A program made the position numbers and the translations under genes. A stretch of 64,000 nucleotides of DNA, from assembly GCF_004010195.1 (NCBI RefSeq), contig NC_057718.1:101156629-101220628 (forward strand), written 5' to 3'. The notes below the pieces were generated by a model, which saw only the letters and a program-made list of their open reading frames with translations, did no database searches and was not told the origin of the DNA. Each line of letters starts with the position of its first letter. Positions within the stretch are counted from its first letter, which is position 1. This DNA is from Chiloscyllium plagiosum (Eukaryota). Positions 23,391 to 35,160 of the stretch are shown here, piece by piece.

Positions 23391-24069
23391 ACTGAATGTA
23401 GTTCTGTGCTGCACTGTGCATTTCAATGTCTATCCCAGTCCGCTTGAAAGAGAGCTTTCACAGTGTGTTAGGGTAGAGTCAGGTTTTGGAAGAGACAAAT
23501 GGTTTGGTGTTTTGGAATCTCCTTTCATTGTGATTCAGGAAGGAGCTGGCCTCTTCTGTGGCAGCAGTGGGGTGCCCTTCTCTATTTCGAGCAGTTTTCC
23601 TTTCTTGTCCTTCACACTGGCCACTTGGTGCCTCCCAGGCAAGAAGATTAGCAGCTCTGCTTAAAGCTGGCCCAGTGAGCTGCTGACATTAGGAATTTCT
23701 AACTCTCAGCACTGTCTCCCCTCTGCCACCCGTAAACCTGCGGTTGCCACCCAATAAGCAAGAAGAGTCAGTTTTCTTTCAGAAACTTAGTGAGAAACGC
23801 AATATCATAAGAGCTCTGATGCTCTTACTTAAATGCCGATAACGCTGAATGATAAGTCAGAGACACAATGAAACAATATTGTGAAGGACAATAATGGAGG
23901 GATGGTTCCTCAGAGGGAGAATGACCCACTCTCCTGAGCTGATCCTCCTGTCTCCTCGGTTGTATCCCAATGTTATTGGTCTCCCACTTTTCAGTTTCAA
24001 TTACTACACATTCATCAGGCTCTCTCCTCCTGGTGGTTCACCACCCACTCCCACAACTCTAATGGTCCC

Positions 24070-24410
24070 ACCAGCCCCACCCCATCCACCTGAACAACCC
24101 CACCCACAGCCTCACCCTCCCGCCCACAGCCCCACCACACCCAATCCCACATCCTTTCACTCCTGTTCCACATCCTCATCCTCCCACCGTCACCCCCATT
24201 CCATTCCTCACACCCCACCCACACATCCTCACNNNNNNNNNNNNNNNNNNNNNNNNNNNNNNNNNNNNNNNNCAATTCCATTCCTCATTCCACACCCCCC
24301 ACATCCTCACTAACCCCCCCCACCGCCCCCCCATTCCCATAAACACCACCCACCCCCACAGCCCCGTCCCCACTCCCACATGTCCACTCCCTCACCCTTT
24401 CACCCCCCGA
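24070..24410. repeat. C-rich low-complexity tract with N gap 24233-24272
   Basis: CCCAC/CCCCA runs. Confidence 0.7.
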
Positions 24411-24921
24411 CCACTATGAGGGAGGGTTTCACAGAGGGGTGTGGGGAGGTGGGGGTGGGTGAGACTGTGTCAAAGGCGAGAGGCTGAGAGATGTTTCCGA
24501 GCAGCAGAAGCTGTCAGCCTTCGAGGGCAGCAGGGTCCGGGTGAGGACCGTGTGGTGGGAGTTTCACAGCTACAATTTGTCGAGCTCCAACTCAGCAATA
24601 TCTTACTATCACTCTGACAGCCACCCTGAACTGAACTCATTTATATACCAGTCTGCTCCCTCACTAGTCAATGCTTTGCGTGTTGTAGCACCACAACCGT
24701 GGGTGGAGGGGGAGAGGCAGTGGGTGACATGCATTCCAAGATGGTTCTAGCTGTAGAGAGCCACTCTAAATAGAATTACTTTCTGTAGATAACTTCTACG
24801 AAGTCGGTCATAAGCTAGCTCGCTCTCTCGTTGGCATAGAGAACGTGAACCACTGGAACAGTCCCTAGGGCCCATCGTGTCTGTGCCAACAACATTGATA
24901 TTCTAAACGAATCCCATCTGC

Positions 24922-25532
24922 CTGCATGTGGTCCATATCTGTATGTGTGTGTGTGCGCATGAATGCATGTGGTCCATATCTGTATGTGTGTGTGCGTGTC
25001 TGTGTGTGTGCATGCATGTGGTCCATATCTGTGTGTGTGTGTGTATGTACGCATGCATGTGGTCCATATCTGTGTGTGTGTGTGCATGTGGTCCATATCT
25101 GTGTGTGTGTGTGCATGCATGTAGTCCATATCTGTGTGTGTACGCATGCATGTGGTCCATATCTGTGTGTGTGTGTGTGCGCGTGCATGTAGTCCATATC
25201 TGTGTGTGTGCGCATGCATGTGGTCCATCTCTGTGTGTGTGTGCATGCATGTGGTCTATATCTGTGTGCGTGCATGCATGTGGTCCATATCTGTGTGTGT
25301 GTGTGTGTGCGCGCATGCATGTGGTCCATATCTGTGTGTGTGTGTGTGTGCGTGCATGTAGTCCATATCTGTGTGTGTGTGCATGTGGTCCATGTCTGTG
25401 TGTGTGTGTGTGCGCATGCATGTGGTCCATATCTGTGTGTGTGCATGTGGTCCATATCTGTGTGTGCGCGCGCGCGCGTGCACATGCATGCATATGGTCC
25501 ATATCTGTGTGCGTGCGTGCATGTGGTCCATA

Positions 25533-25568
<36 letters not shown>

Positions 25569-25740
25569 CATGCATATCTGTATGTGTGTGTGCATGTGGT
25601 CCTTATCTGTGTGTGTGTGTGTGTGTGTACGCGTGCATGTGGTCCATATCTGTGTGTGTGAGTGTGTGTGTGTGTCTGTGCATGCATGTGGTCCATATCT
25701 GTGTGTGTGTGTGTGTGTGTATGTGTGCGCGCGCGCGCGA
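24922..25740. repeat. compound VNTR: GCATGTGGTCCATATCT core plus variable (GT)n, about 22 units
   Basis: Direct reading of the units. Confidence 0.95.
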
Positions 25741-26061
25741 CGCTTTTCATTGAATGAATAGGAGAGAAGTTGAGAAGGAGAGTAATCTCAGCCAGTGCAG
25801 GAATCAAACTAACGTCATTGGCATTATCCCATGTCACAAGTGAGCCATCCAACCAACTGAGCTCACACAGTTTTAACATGATAAGCAGAGCTCTTTTCTC
25901 ATTATATCCCCAATGGATTTTAGTGCCCGTCTTCCATTCTTCTAACCCACCAGTGTGGCATTTCAAATTCCATCCCGACCATGGACTGATAGAATGAAAC
26001 AATGCATTGCTTCAAATGTTAGTTATTAAGTAATTGGTAAAATTGTGTAATCAGAACGGGG

Positions 26062-26390
26062 AAATGGTGGCATACTGGCAATGTCATTGGATGAGTAATC
26101 CCAAGTGCCCAGGCTAATCTCAATTTAAATTCAATGAATAACAATCTGGAATTGAAAGCTCATCTCAGTCATGGTGACCATTAAATTATCATTGATTATT
26201 GTGAAGCCCTTTCTGGTTCTCCCAGTGTCTATCAGGGATGGAAATCTGTCATCCTTATATGGTCTGACGTCCATGTGACTCCAGGTCCACAGCAATGTGG
26301 TTGATTCTTAGTGGCTTGGCAAACCACTGCGTTCAGGGGCAACAAATGTTGGCCTTTTCAGTGGCACCAAATCCCATGAAAGAATTGAAT
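26062..26390 (+). mobile_element. SINE family B
   Basis: CCATGTGACTCCAGGTCCACAGCAATGTGGTTGATTCTT core. Confidence 0.7.
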
Positions 26391-26476
26391 AGAAAGATGA
26401 AGGGGGTTTTAATGGCCATGAAACTGAAGCCTCAGTTCAGGGAGTTTGCGTTACACTATTGGCATTGTGTACAGTG

Positions 26477-26607
26477 AGGAGAAAGTGAGGTCTGCAGACG
26501 CTGGAGATCAAAGCTGAAACTTTATTGCTGGAACAGCACAGCAGGTCAGGCAGCATCTAGGGAACAGAAGATTCGACGTTTCGGGCACATGCCCTTCTTC
26601 AGGAATC
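26477..26607 (-). mobile_element. single-arm family A insert
   Basis: 11-bp TSD TGTGTACAGTG at 26466-26476 and 26608-26618. Confidence 0.85.
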
Positions 26608-26608
26608 T
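26569..26608 (-). ncRNA. minimal type-I hammerhead ribozyme motif
   Basis: AGATTC-CTGAAGA-A-GGGC-ATGT-GCCC-GAAA-CGTC-GAATCT; perfect 6-bp stem I and 4-bp stem II. Confidence 0.82.
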
Positions 26609-27857
26609 GTGTACAGTGTACAGTGTACAGTGACGCAACCTGTTCTGCTTATGCTTGTAGAATCTTCACTCAAATGGCTTACATCTTCCAACTTTGGAAG
26701 AATGACCAAAAAAGCAATGATCCATCCATTGTTATTATCACTGGAAATATGGAGTGTTAATCACACTGTGTTGTACAATGATAGAGTTCACCTCATATGA
26801 GAAATAGTCAAAAACGTAGAAAGCAGGGACAGGATTGGGCCATTCGGCCCTTCTAGTCTGCTCCACCATCCAACATGATGGGTGATCATCCAGCACTATA
26901 ACCTGTTTGTGTTTTCTCCACATACCTTTTGATCCCTTTAGCCCGAAGAACGATATCTGTATCTTGAAAATGAAACGGTACTCAAGTTCCAGTACCTCAG
27001 AGCTCACATTTAAAAGGACTTTTCATGCAGCAAGCTCAGGCGTCATTGACATGTAGTCCACTTTTTGTCAAATGTTACTGTTACAAATTTTCACGCCTAG
27101 TTTGAAAAAACTGAGGGGAGGAAAAGCATTGTGAATATTTTATTTGAGCGAGGGCTTGTAATTTTATACTCTTGCAAGGTTAAAGACTTATGAGTATACA
27201 TAAGGTAATGCAATAAAGATTTGTTTAGTTAGGTGTTGACCTCAGAGCTATATTGTCACTGATGAAATAAAGTACCCTTTCATTTGTGTCAAATGAAATT
27301 AAGGAATCTTTTAGATGTGTGGACTATTGAAAACAAACTATTGCTTTGTGACCAAAAAAGTGAAAGAATGTTAATTTAGTAGTGAGTAGAATATCTTGGC
27401 TGGATTAGATTGGTGAATTTAAATAAACTGGTTGTTGACATGAAGGTTTCAGGTTACATTATACAATGGAATAATGTGGGTTTGCAGAAAGAATGTGAAG
27501 TATTCTCTGAATTGAAATGTAATCCATCATGACACATTCGTAATGAAATTCATAGAGACCTTTGGTAAATGGCATCAAAGTCAAATGCATCTTCTGGTAA
27601 CAAAGTGAAATTCTGTCAAGTTATCATCTAACACTTCGGGTCAGTTTCATTACTTGGCCTGAATGCTCAAGGCGAGATTTGGGGCTTTCCTGGCTGAGGT
27701 ACCCTTCAAACCCAAGAAATAGCTGTTTTCTCCCCCACCTCCAATCCCTCCCTGTTTACCCACAGTTGGACTCCATTGAAAAAGGGAATTTAGATTTATG
27801 ACATATGGAAGATATCTTCACTTACAAAGCAAAGATTGTCATCAGCAATGAGGAGCA

Positions 27858-28360
27858 AGTCATAGAGATGTATAGCACAGAAATTGGTCCAACTCATTCA
27901 TGCTGACCAGATATCTAAATTAATCTAATACCCATTTGCCAGCATTTGGCCCATTTCCCTATAAACCCTTCCTATTCATGTACCCATTAGATGCCTTTTA
28001 AATGTTGTACTTGTACCAGCCTCCACCACTTCCTCTGGCAGCTCGTTCCATACAGGCACCATCCTCTGCATGAAAAAGTTGCCCTTTAGGTCCCTTTTAA
28101 ATCTTTCCCCTCTCAACTCAAACCTATGCCCTCTAATTTTGGACTCCCCTACCCTGGGGAAAAGACCTTGTCTATTCACCCTATCCACTCCCCTCATGAA
28201 TTTATAAACCTTCATAAGTTCAGCCCTCAGCCTCTGATGCTTCAGAGAAAATAGCCCCAACCTATTCAGCCTCTCCCTATAGCTCAAACCCTCAAAGCTT
28301 GGCAACATCCTTGTGGTAAGTGTTTTCTGTACCTTTTCAAGTTTCATAACATCTTTCCTG
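27858..28360 (-). mobile_element. CR1/HER1 3' end
   Basis: ORF 27976..28398 YRKDVMKLEKVQK...FFMQRMVPVWNELPEEVVEAG. Confidence 0.9.
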
Positions 28361-29269
28361 TATTCTCTATGTTCTGCACCCTCCACAATTCCAACCATGC
28401 AAATATAAACTGTTTCTGTTTTTCTGTAACTTGTATACAGTGGTGCTTTTTTTTAACTTGCCTTACTTGCTAATTGCAATACATCTCTTTGTTCTGAAAT
28501 ATAACGTAATTAAAAGTTTGGCAAGTTGGATATCAGAAATTACTTTCCGTTGTCTGATCTGTATTGTTTCCTATCTTAACAGGAAATTAAGCTGCAGGTT
28601 CTCTTGCATGCTATTTTTACCTCAAAATAAACCTCTTTGTTGTTGCATGCGTTTTATCTTATATCTGTAACGTCCTACAAATCTAAGCTTCATTTTCCAG
28701 CTCCTTGAAGTGAATGATGTATACATAAGCCACTAGTTCTCAGTTAAAACGCTTATTTCTTTGAGAAATAACTGTTGCCATCTCATAGAGACTAACTTTT
28801 TTTATAAAAATAAGAAATCTGAAATCCCAGTTTGTTAGTCGAAGAATGAAGCCACAAGAGAAATTTTGCTATAGAAGAGTCAAACAACACCAACATGAAA
28901 TTCTAACTTAGTCTCCTGTTTTCTAACATCCAAAGTCAACAGTAGTTAAATATGAATTAACAGGAAAATTGTGGTCAATTATAAACTATGAATTGTGCAT
29001 TAAATTGCAGATATGGTCAAATCAGATCTTACGAATTGGCTTGGCGAACCCCTGACCAAGCATGTTATCAATATCAGTCCTTCAAAGCCATCTCCTCCTT
29101 GAGGAAGATTTTTAAACTTCTCCTCTAGAATGTTGTCTGATCCCCAGTGTTGATGAAATTTGTTGATCAAATGATCTTTTCCATTAATACTCAGGTGCTG
29201 GAGCACTAAACAGCGAAATGGTACACTTTTGAAGTTTATTTGGCTGAATGTGAAACTTAAAGCCCTCTT

Positions 29270-30058
29270 AGGCTGGGACTGTTTTCCCTGGAGGGTTTGA
29301 GGCTGAATAGGCTGGGATTATTTTCCCTGGAACATCGGAGGCTGAGGGGTGACCTTACAGAAGTTTATAAAATCATGACGGGCATGGATAGGATAAATAG
29401 CCAAGGTCTTTTCCTTGGGGTGGGAGAGTTCAGAACTAGAGGGTGTAGGTTTAAGGTGAGAGGAGAAAGATTTAAAAGGGTCCTAAATGGCAACTTTTTC
29501 ACACAGAGGGTGGTGCGTGTATGGGCTGAGCTGCCAGAGGAAGTGGTGGAGGCTGGTATAATTACAACATTTAAAAGGTTAAAAATCACACAACACCAGG
29601 TTATAGTTCAACAGGTTTAATTGGAAGCACTAGCTTTCGGAGCGACGCTCCTTCATCAGGTGGTTGTGGAGGACACAATTGTAAGGCACAGAATTGCTAT
29701 AAATTCTGATGAAGGAGCGACACTCCAAAAGCTAGTGTGCTTCCAATTAAACTTGTTGGACTATAACCTGGTGTTGTGTGATTTTTAACTTTGTACACCC
29801 CAGTCCAACACCGGCATCTCCAAATCATAACATTTAAAAGGCATGTGGATAGGTATATGAGTAGGAACGGTTTAGAGAGATAAGACCATAAGACATAGGA
29901 GTGGAAGTAAGGCCATTCGGCCCATCGAGTCCACCCATCATCTGGACTCCCTGGTCATCAGGCCAAATGCTGGCAAAAGGGACTAGATTGGTTTAGGATA
30001 TCTGGTCAGCACAGTTGAGTTGGACTGAAGAGCCTGCTGCAGTGTTGTACATCTCTAT
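29270..30058 (+). mobile_element. CR1/HER1 3' end with nested inserts at 29579-29828 and ~29882-29935
   Basis: [18 protein letters not shown]...VVEAGIITTFKR; resumes after the TSD. Confidence 0.9.
29579..29828. mobile_element. family B palindrome; intact minus-strand hammerhead at 29628-29662
   Basis: 13-bp TSD AACATTTAAAAGG (29566-29578, 29829-29841); CAC-CTGATGA-A-GGAGC-GTC-GCTCC-GAAA-GCTA-GTG on minus. Confidence 0.88.
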
Positions 30059-31396
30059 CATTCATGTCTACCCCACCCCTGCACATATTATCAAGTGATG
30101 GGCCATTGCTCTATTGGTACATCAACATCCGGTTTCAGGAGCCAGATTATGAGCTTGTATAGAAACCAGGACCCTCATGCAGCCTCTTGTAAAGATAGTC
30201 AGTGACAGACCTGCCACAGTAAACGTAAAGAAAAATAAATCTGGTGATCTATAAATCTACATTTCACCTTGGGATCCGATTTGTCCAATATTACCATCAG
30301 CTGTAATCATAATACCACCTTGAAAGTTAAACAGCACCTAAAAACATCCTCCAGGTATTCCTTAGTGACATTTGTTCAGCTTGTCATCTCCATCTAGAAG
30401 ATGTGTAGCCAGTCTCAGTAATTCTTCTGATGCTATTTACACTGACTGTTGCAATGTTACAGCAGCAGAAAGGACTTGGTATCTTGTTTCTTACACACTG
30501 AAGCATTAACATTTGTACATTCTCAATTTAACGTTGACCCTCACCCTGGCATGCATCCATTTAAGAGACTATCTCCCTATCATCATTGCAATGTTTCAGT
30601 AGCGATTATCACTATCAATCGATGACCTGCCTTCTCTGATTATGTTATTTGCAAATGTGCTGAAGGTGGGTTTCACACTCGAGTGTTTACTGTTAATATC
30701 TCAGGATTAGGCATAACAAGAGCCTAATTTTTCCTACAAATCTCAAAAAAAAATCAACTTTTCAAAGAATTAATCTCATCTCAAATAAAGTCAATATTCT
30801 GAAAGCATTGGGCTAAATCTTGAAAGCAGCATGCAATAATGGGAGCTAATTTGCAAAGCATTAAAAATGAAATAGTACTTAAAATATGTGAAAGCATTGT
30901 CTGACCTACAGAATATTTGATTGTGAATTGGAAAGCTTTATGGCTGCAGTATATTTTGGTGAGACAATGGGATTTAATTTGAAACCCGGATTATAATTAG
31001 TTGATTCAAAATAAATCAATCGGTATAACACTCGAGGGAAAACAGTTGGGATCATTTATTTAAGTTTGTCCTTCCATGTGTTCACAAATGTATAATGTAT
31101 AACTCTGTGACTAATGTAGAGCAATTCAACCTTAAATTTGCATTTACTTATTATTTAAGAAAAATCTCTGCACCTTTCTTGATTCTTTATTGTTCAAGGA
31201 TAAATGCAAGTAGACAATATCACATTACAAAATGTTATTTCCAAATCCTTTTTAATATCGTGCTATAATTTTTTCAATTTGTGTCATACAGCCTTTTCTC
31301 TCTTCTCTCAGTCGTTTCTCTCTTTCTTTCTCTCTCATCAGACCTGTCTTTCTCCCCCTCTCTCTCTTCCCTCAAGTCCTGTATCTTTCTTTTCAG

Positions 31397-31431
31397 GAAT
31401 GATATGTATTGTATATGCAAGTGTTGTGATG
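31397..31431 (+). CDS. candidate 35-nt internal micro-exon of an unidentified host gene
   Basis: ~100-nt polypyrimidine tract ending TTTTCAG; GTGAGT donor at 31432; open frames (G)MICIVYASVVM or NDMYCICKCCD. Confidence 0.45.
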
Positions 31432-31442
31432 GTGAGTTTTGG

Positions 31443-31641
31443 GAGAAAGTGAGGGCTGCAGATGCTGGAGATCAGAGTCAAGAGTGTGGTGCTGGAAAAG
31501 CACAGCAGGTCAGGCAGCATCCGAGGAGCAGGAAAGTCAATGTTTCGGGCATGAGCCCTGATGAAGGACATTCCTGATGAAGAGCTCAAGCCCGAAACAT
31601 CGATTCTCCTACTCCTCGGATGCTGCCTGACTGGCTGATTT
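31443..31641. mobile_element. family A' palindrome
   Basis: 10-bp TSD TGAGTTTTGG (31433-31442, 31642-31651); CTGATGAAGAGCTCAAGCCCGAAACATC core. Confidence 0.82.
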
Positions 31642-31724
31642 TGAGTTTTGGTCAAAAGTAATAACAGCTCGCATTGACTGGGGATGATGAGTGCCTTTAA
31701 TTTTACAACAGAGCCCAATGTTCA

Positions 31725-32006
31725 TTGTAGAATCCCTACAATGTGGAAGTTGGCCATTCAACCCATCGAGTCCATTCTGAAGAGCAGCCCACCCAGACCC
31801 AACTACGTACTCTATCCCTGAAACTCTACATTTCCCATGGGTAACCCACCCAGCCTGCCTATCCCTGGACACTATGGATGATTTAGCATGGTCAGTCCAC
31901 CCTAACCTGCACATCTTTGAACTGTGGGAGGAAACCGGAGCACCGGGAGGGAGCCCAATGCAGACACGGGGGAGAATGTGCAAACTCCACACAGTCGCCC
32001 GAGGGT
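31725..32006 (-). mobile_element. HE1-type V-SINE, 5'-truncated
   Basis: V-domain and tail present; tRNA head absent. Confidence 0.85.
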
Positions 32007-32619
32007 GTAGTAATGTCACACCACAGAATTTGTCACTGAGTCGCTTGTGGCATTGTTGAGATGGATGTGGCCAAAAGCTTGACAAAACTCTAAGTCTTAA
32101 AGATATTTTAAATAAAAGTACAGAGGCTGAGAGATTAAGGGGTGGAATTCTGGTGCCTAGGGTGCAACAGGTCAGGAGTAGAGGAGCACACCCTCTTGGA
32201 GGTTCGTGGGAGTTGGAGGAGATTGAAGAGAACCTTGAAGTGAATTTTGAAAGCAAGGATGAAAATTTTAATATTGAGCCATTGCTGGACTAGGTGCCTG
32301 TATGCATCATTGAGCATAGGGAAACAGAAAATGCTGGTGATCACAGCGGGTCAGGCAGCATCCATGGAGAACCCAGCAAACTAACAGCTCAAGTCAAGAT
32401 GGCTCGTCAGAGCAGAGGGATGAACAGAACCTGATCCGAGTAAAAACAGGGACAGCAGAGATTTTGGGTGATTTTAAGGGTTCCACGTTAATGCAGGTAG
32501 AATGTTGTAGGTCTGCCAAGGGAATGTTGAATTAAGTTATTCTTCCTCATCTACTACATCTCCAAATCCAGAGCTGCTTGGTCGTACACAATATGAGTGT
32601 TGCTAAATAAAGAGACGGG

Positions 32620-33030
32620 TTAATCAAGCATTTTCCCCTGTATTTATCAGTTTCATAGCAAGCAAAGGTTAAACAGAGCTCGACAGGATAAACACAGGAA
32701 GAATGTTCCTGATGACCAGGGAGTCCAGATCCAGGGACATGGACTAAACATACAGGGTAGGCCATTTAGGACTAAGATGAGGAGAAATTTCTTCACCTAG
32801 AAATTGGTGAGCCAGTGGAATTCCCTACCATACAAAGTAGTTTAGGTCAAAAGCATTGAATGTTTCCAAGAAGGAGTTGGAAGGATACAGTTCCTCGGGG
32901 TATAGGGGTCAAAGGGTTGAGGGAGAAAGTGGGAACAAGGAACTGAGTTGGATAATCAGCCCTGATCAGATTGCATGGTGACACTGGCTTGAAGGGCCAA
33001 TGGCCTGCACCTGCTCCTATTTTCTATGAA
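32620..33030 (+). mobile_element. CR1 3' end, decayed
   Basis: GAGGAGAAATTTCTTCACC..GTGGAATTCCCTACC plus 3' UTR. Confidence 0.75.
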
Positions 33031-33509
33031 GTTTCTAACTGTGTAAAGTGTTCCTTCTTTGAAATTTGGCATTCTTGCATCTGTACTGATGGGTGCAAGA
33101 CAAAAAGCTTCAAAAGCATGTTCTTTTTTCAGTATGGTCAAGTTAGAATCAAGGAAATATAGCAAGGAACATACGCAGAGTTGTTCTGTTCTGTGGTTTA
33201 TTGGGGTGCACACCGTGTGTGTATTTATCCCCGTCACCCCCTGACATGTTGGAATCCCCTCAAATTGACCTGTACCGGATATCTCACTTTGAATGTGTCA
33301 AAACAATATTTCGACTTGTACAGATCCTTTAGCGGAGCAAAATGACCAAAAGCTCTTTAGAGAGGATTCATAAACCGGAAGATGACACTGAGGTTAAAAT
33401 TTGGTTTGAAAGAGGGTTTTCAAGGAAGGACGTGTTGAAGCAAGTAGTTCCAGCCAAGTAATTCCAGAACATCGGATTATTTAAAGTCAGAGCTATACAG
33501 CGTCCTTGG

Positions 33510-33843
33510 GGAGATAATGGCCGAGTGGTATTATTGTTGGACTGTCAATCTCAAGACCCAGGTAATGTTCTGGAGATCTGGGTGTGAATCCTGCCATGGC
33601 AGATGGTGGAATTTGAATTCAATAGAAGTCTGTAATTAAGATTCTAATGATGACCATGAATCCATCTGGTTCCCTAATGTCCTTTAGGGAAGGAAACTGC
33701 CGCCCTTACCTGGTCTGACCTACATGTGAGTCCAGACCCACAGCAATGTGGATGACTCTTGACTGCCCTCTGGGCAATTAGGATGGGCAATAAATGCTGG
33801 CCTAGCCGGTGATGCCCACATCCCATGAACAAATAAAAATAAA
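33510..33843 (+). mobile_element. SINE family B, near full length
   Basis: A-box TGGCCGAGTGG, B-box GGTGTGAATCC, tail CCCATGAACAAATAAAAATAAA. Confidence 0.85.
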
Positions 33844-33849
33844 TCAGAA

Positions 33850-35160
33850 TCTTCGGTCCAATACATCCATGCCAACCAGGTTTCCCAAACTGAGCTAGTC
33901 CCGTTTGCCTGCGTTTGGCCCAGATCCCGCTAAACCTTTTCTATCAAGTTCTTGTACAAATGCCTTTCAAATGTTGTAATTGTACTTGCCGCTACCACTT
34001 CCTCTGCCAGCTTGTACCATACGCGTACCACCCTCTGCGTGAACAAATCGCCCCTCAGGTCCCTTTTAAATCTTTCCCCTCTCACCTTAAACCTATGCTG
34101 TCTAGTTTTGGGCACCTCTACCCTTGGGAAAGGACCTTAACTATTCACCTTATCCAGACACCTCATGACTTTATAAACCTTTATAAGGACTCTCCTCAGC
34201 CTCCAATGCTATAGGGGAAAGCAGTTCCAGCCTATTCAGCCTCTCTTTGTAACTCAAATCCTCAAGTCTCTGTAACGTCCTTGTAAATCTATTTTGATTC
34301 CTTTCAAGTTTAATAACATCCTTCCTACAGAGCACGACCAGAATTATATGCAGTGCTCCAAATTTGACCTTACCAATTTCCTGTACAGCTGTAACATGAC
34401 ATCCCAACTCCTGTACTCCATGGTCTGACTGAGAAAGCAAACATGCCAAACACCACCTTCACTACCTGTGATGCCACTTTCAGGGCACTGTGTCCCTGAT
34501 CCCTAGGTCTCTCTGTTCAACAACACTCCCCAGAGCACTACCATTAACTGTGTAAGTCCTGCCCTGGTTTGTCTTACTAAAATGCAATACCTTGCTTTTG
34601 CCTTTGTCTAAATTAAACTCCATCTGCCATTCCTCGGCCCGCTGGCCCAATTGATTAAGATTCAGTTGTACTTTTAGATAACCTTCACTGTCCACCATAC
34701 CACCAATTTTGGTGTCATCTGCAAACTTACTAACTATGCCTCCGATATTCTTATGCAAATCATTTATATAGATGACAAACAACAGTGGACCCAGCACTAA
34801 TACTTGTGGAACACCACTGGTCACAGGCCTCTAGTTTGAACAACAGTCCTCTACCACTACCTCTGTCTCCTACTGTCAATCCAATTTGCTAATTTTTCCT
34901 GGATCCCATGTGATCTAACCTTACTAACCAGATTACCATGCAGAACCTTGTTGAAAGCCTTGCTGAAGTCCATGTGGATAACATCTACAATTAATGGTAG
35001 TGTTCCGGGGGGGGGTGTTGTTGAACAGAGAGACCTAGGGATCAGGGACACAGTTCCTTGAAAGTGGCGTCACAGGTAGCCTTCATCTATCTTCTTGATC
35101 ATCTCAAAAATCAAGTTTCTGAGATACGATTTCCCTCTCACAAAAGCCATGCTGACTATC
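33850..35160 (-). mobile_element. CR1 ORF2 RT plus 3' end, with internal inverted duplication
   Basis: TSGVPQVLVLGPLLFVIYINDL...SKFADDTKIGG and VDVIHMDFSKAFNKVLHG. Confidence 0.92.

Noticed and set aside
24815..26002. Cys/Val- and His/Thr-rich ORFs; CRISPR-like repeat-spacer appearance
   Set aside because: Translation of a (GT)n VNTR; spacers are simple repeats, there are no cas genes and the context is eukaryotic.
34480..34824. Functional reverse transcriptase gene
   Set aside because: Fragmented, 5'-truncated CR1 with frameshifts and an inverted insert.
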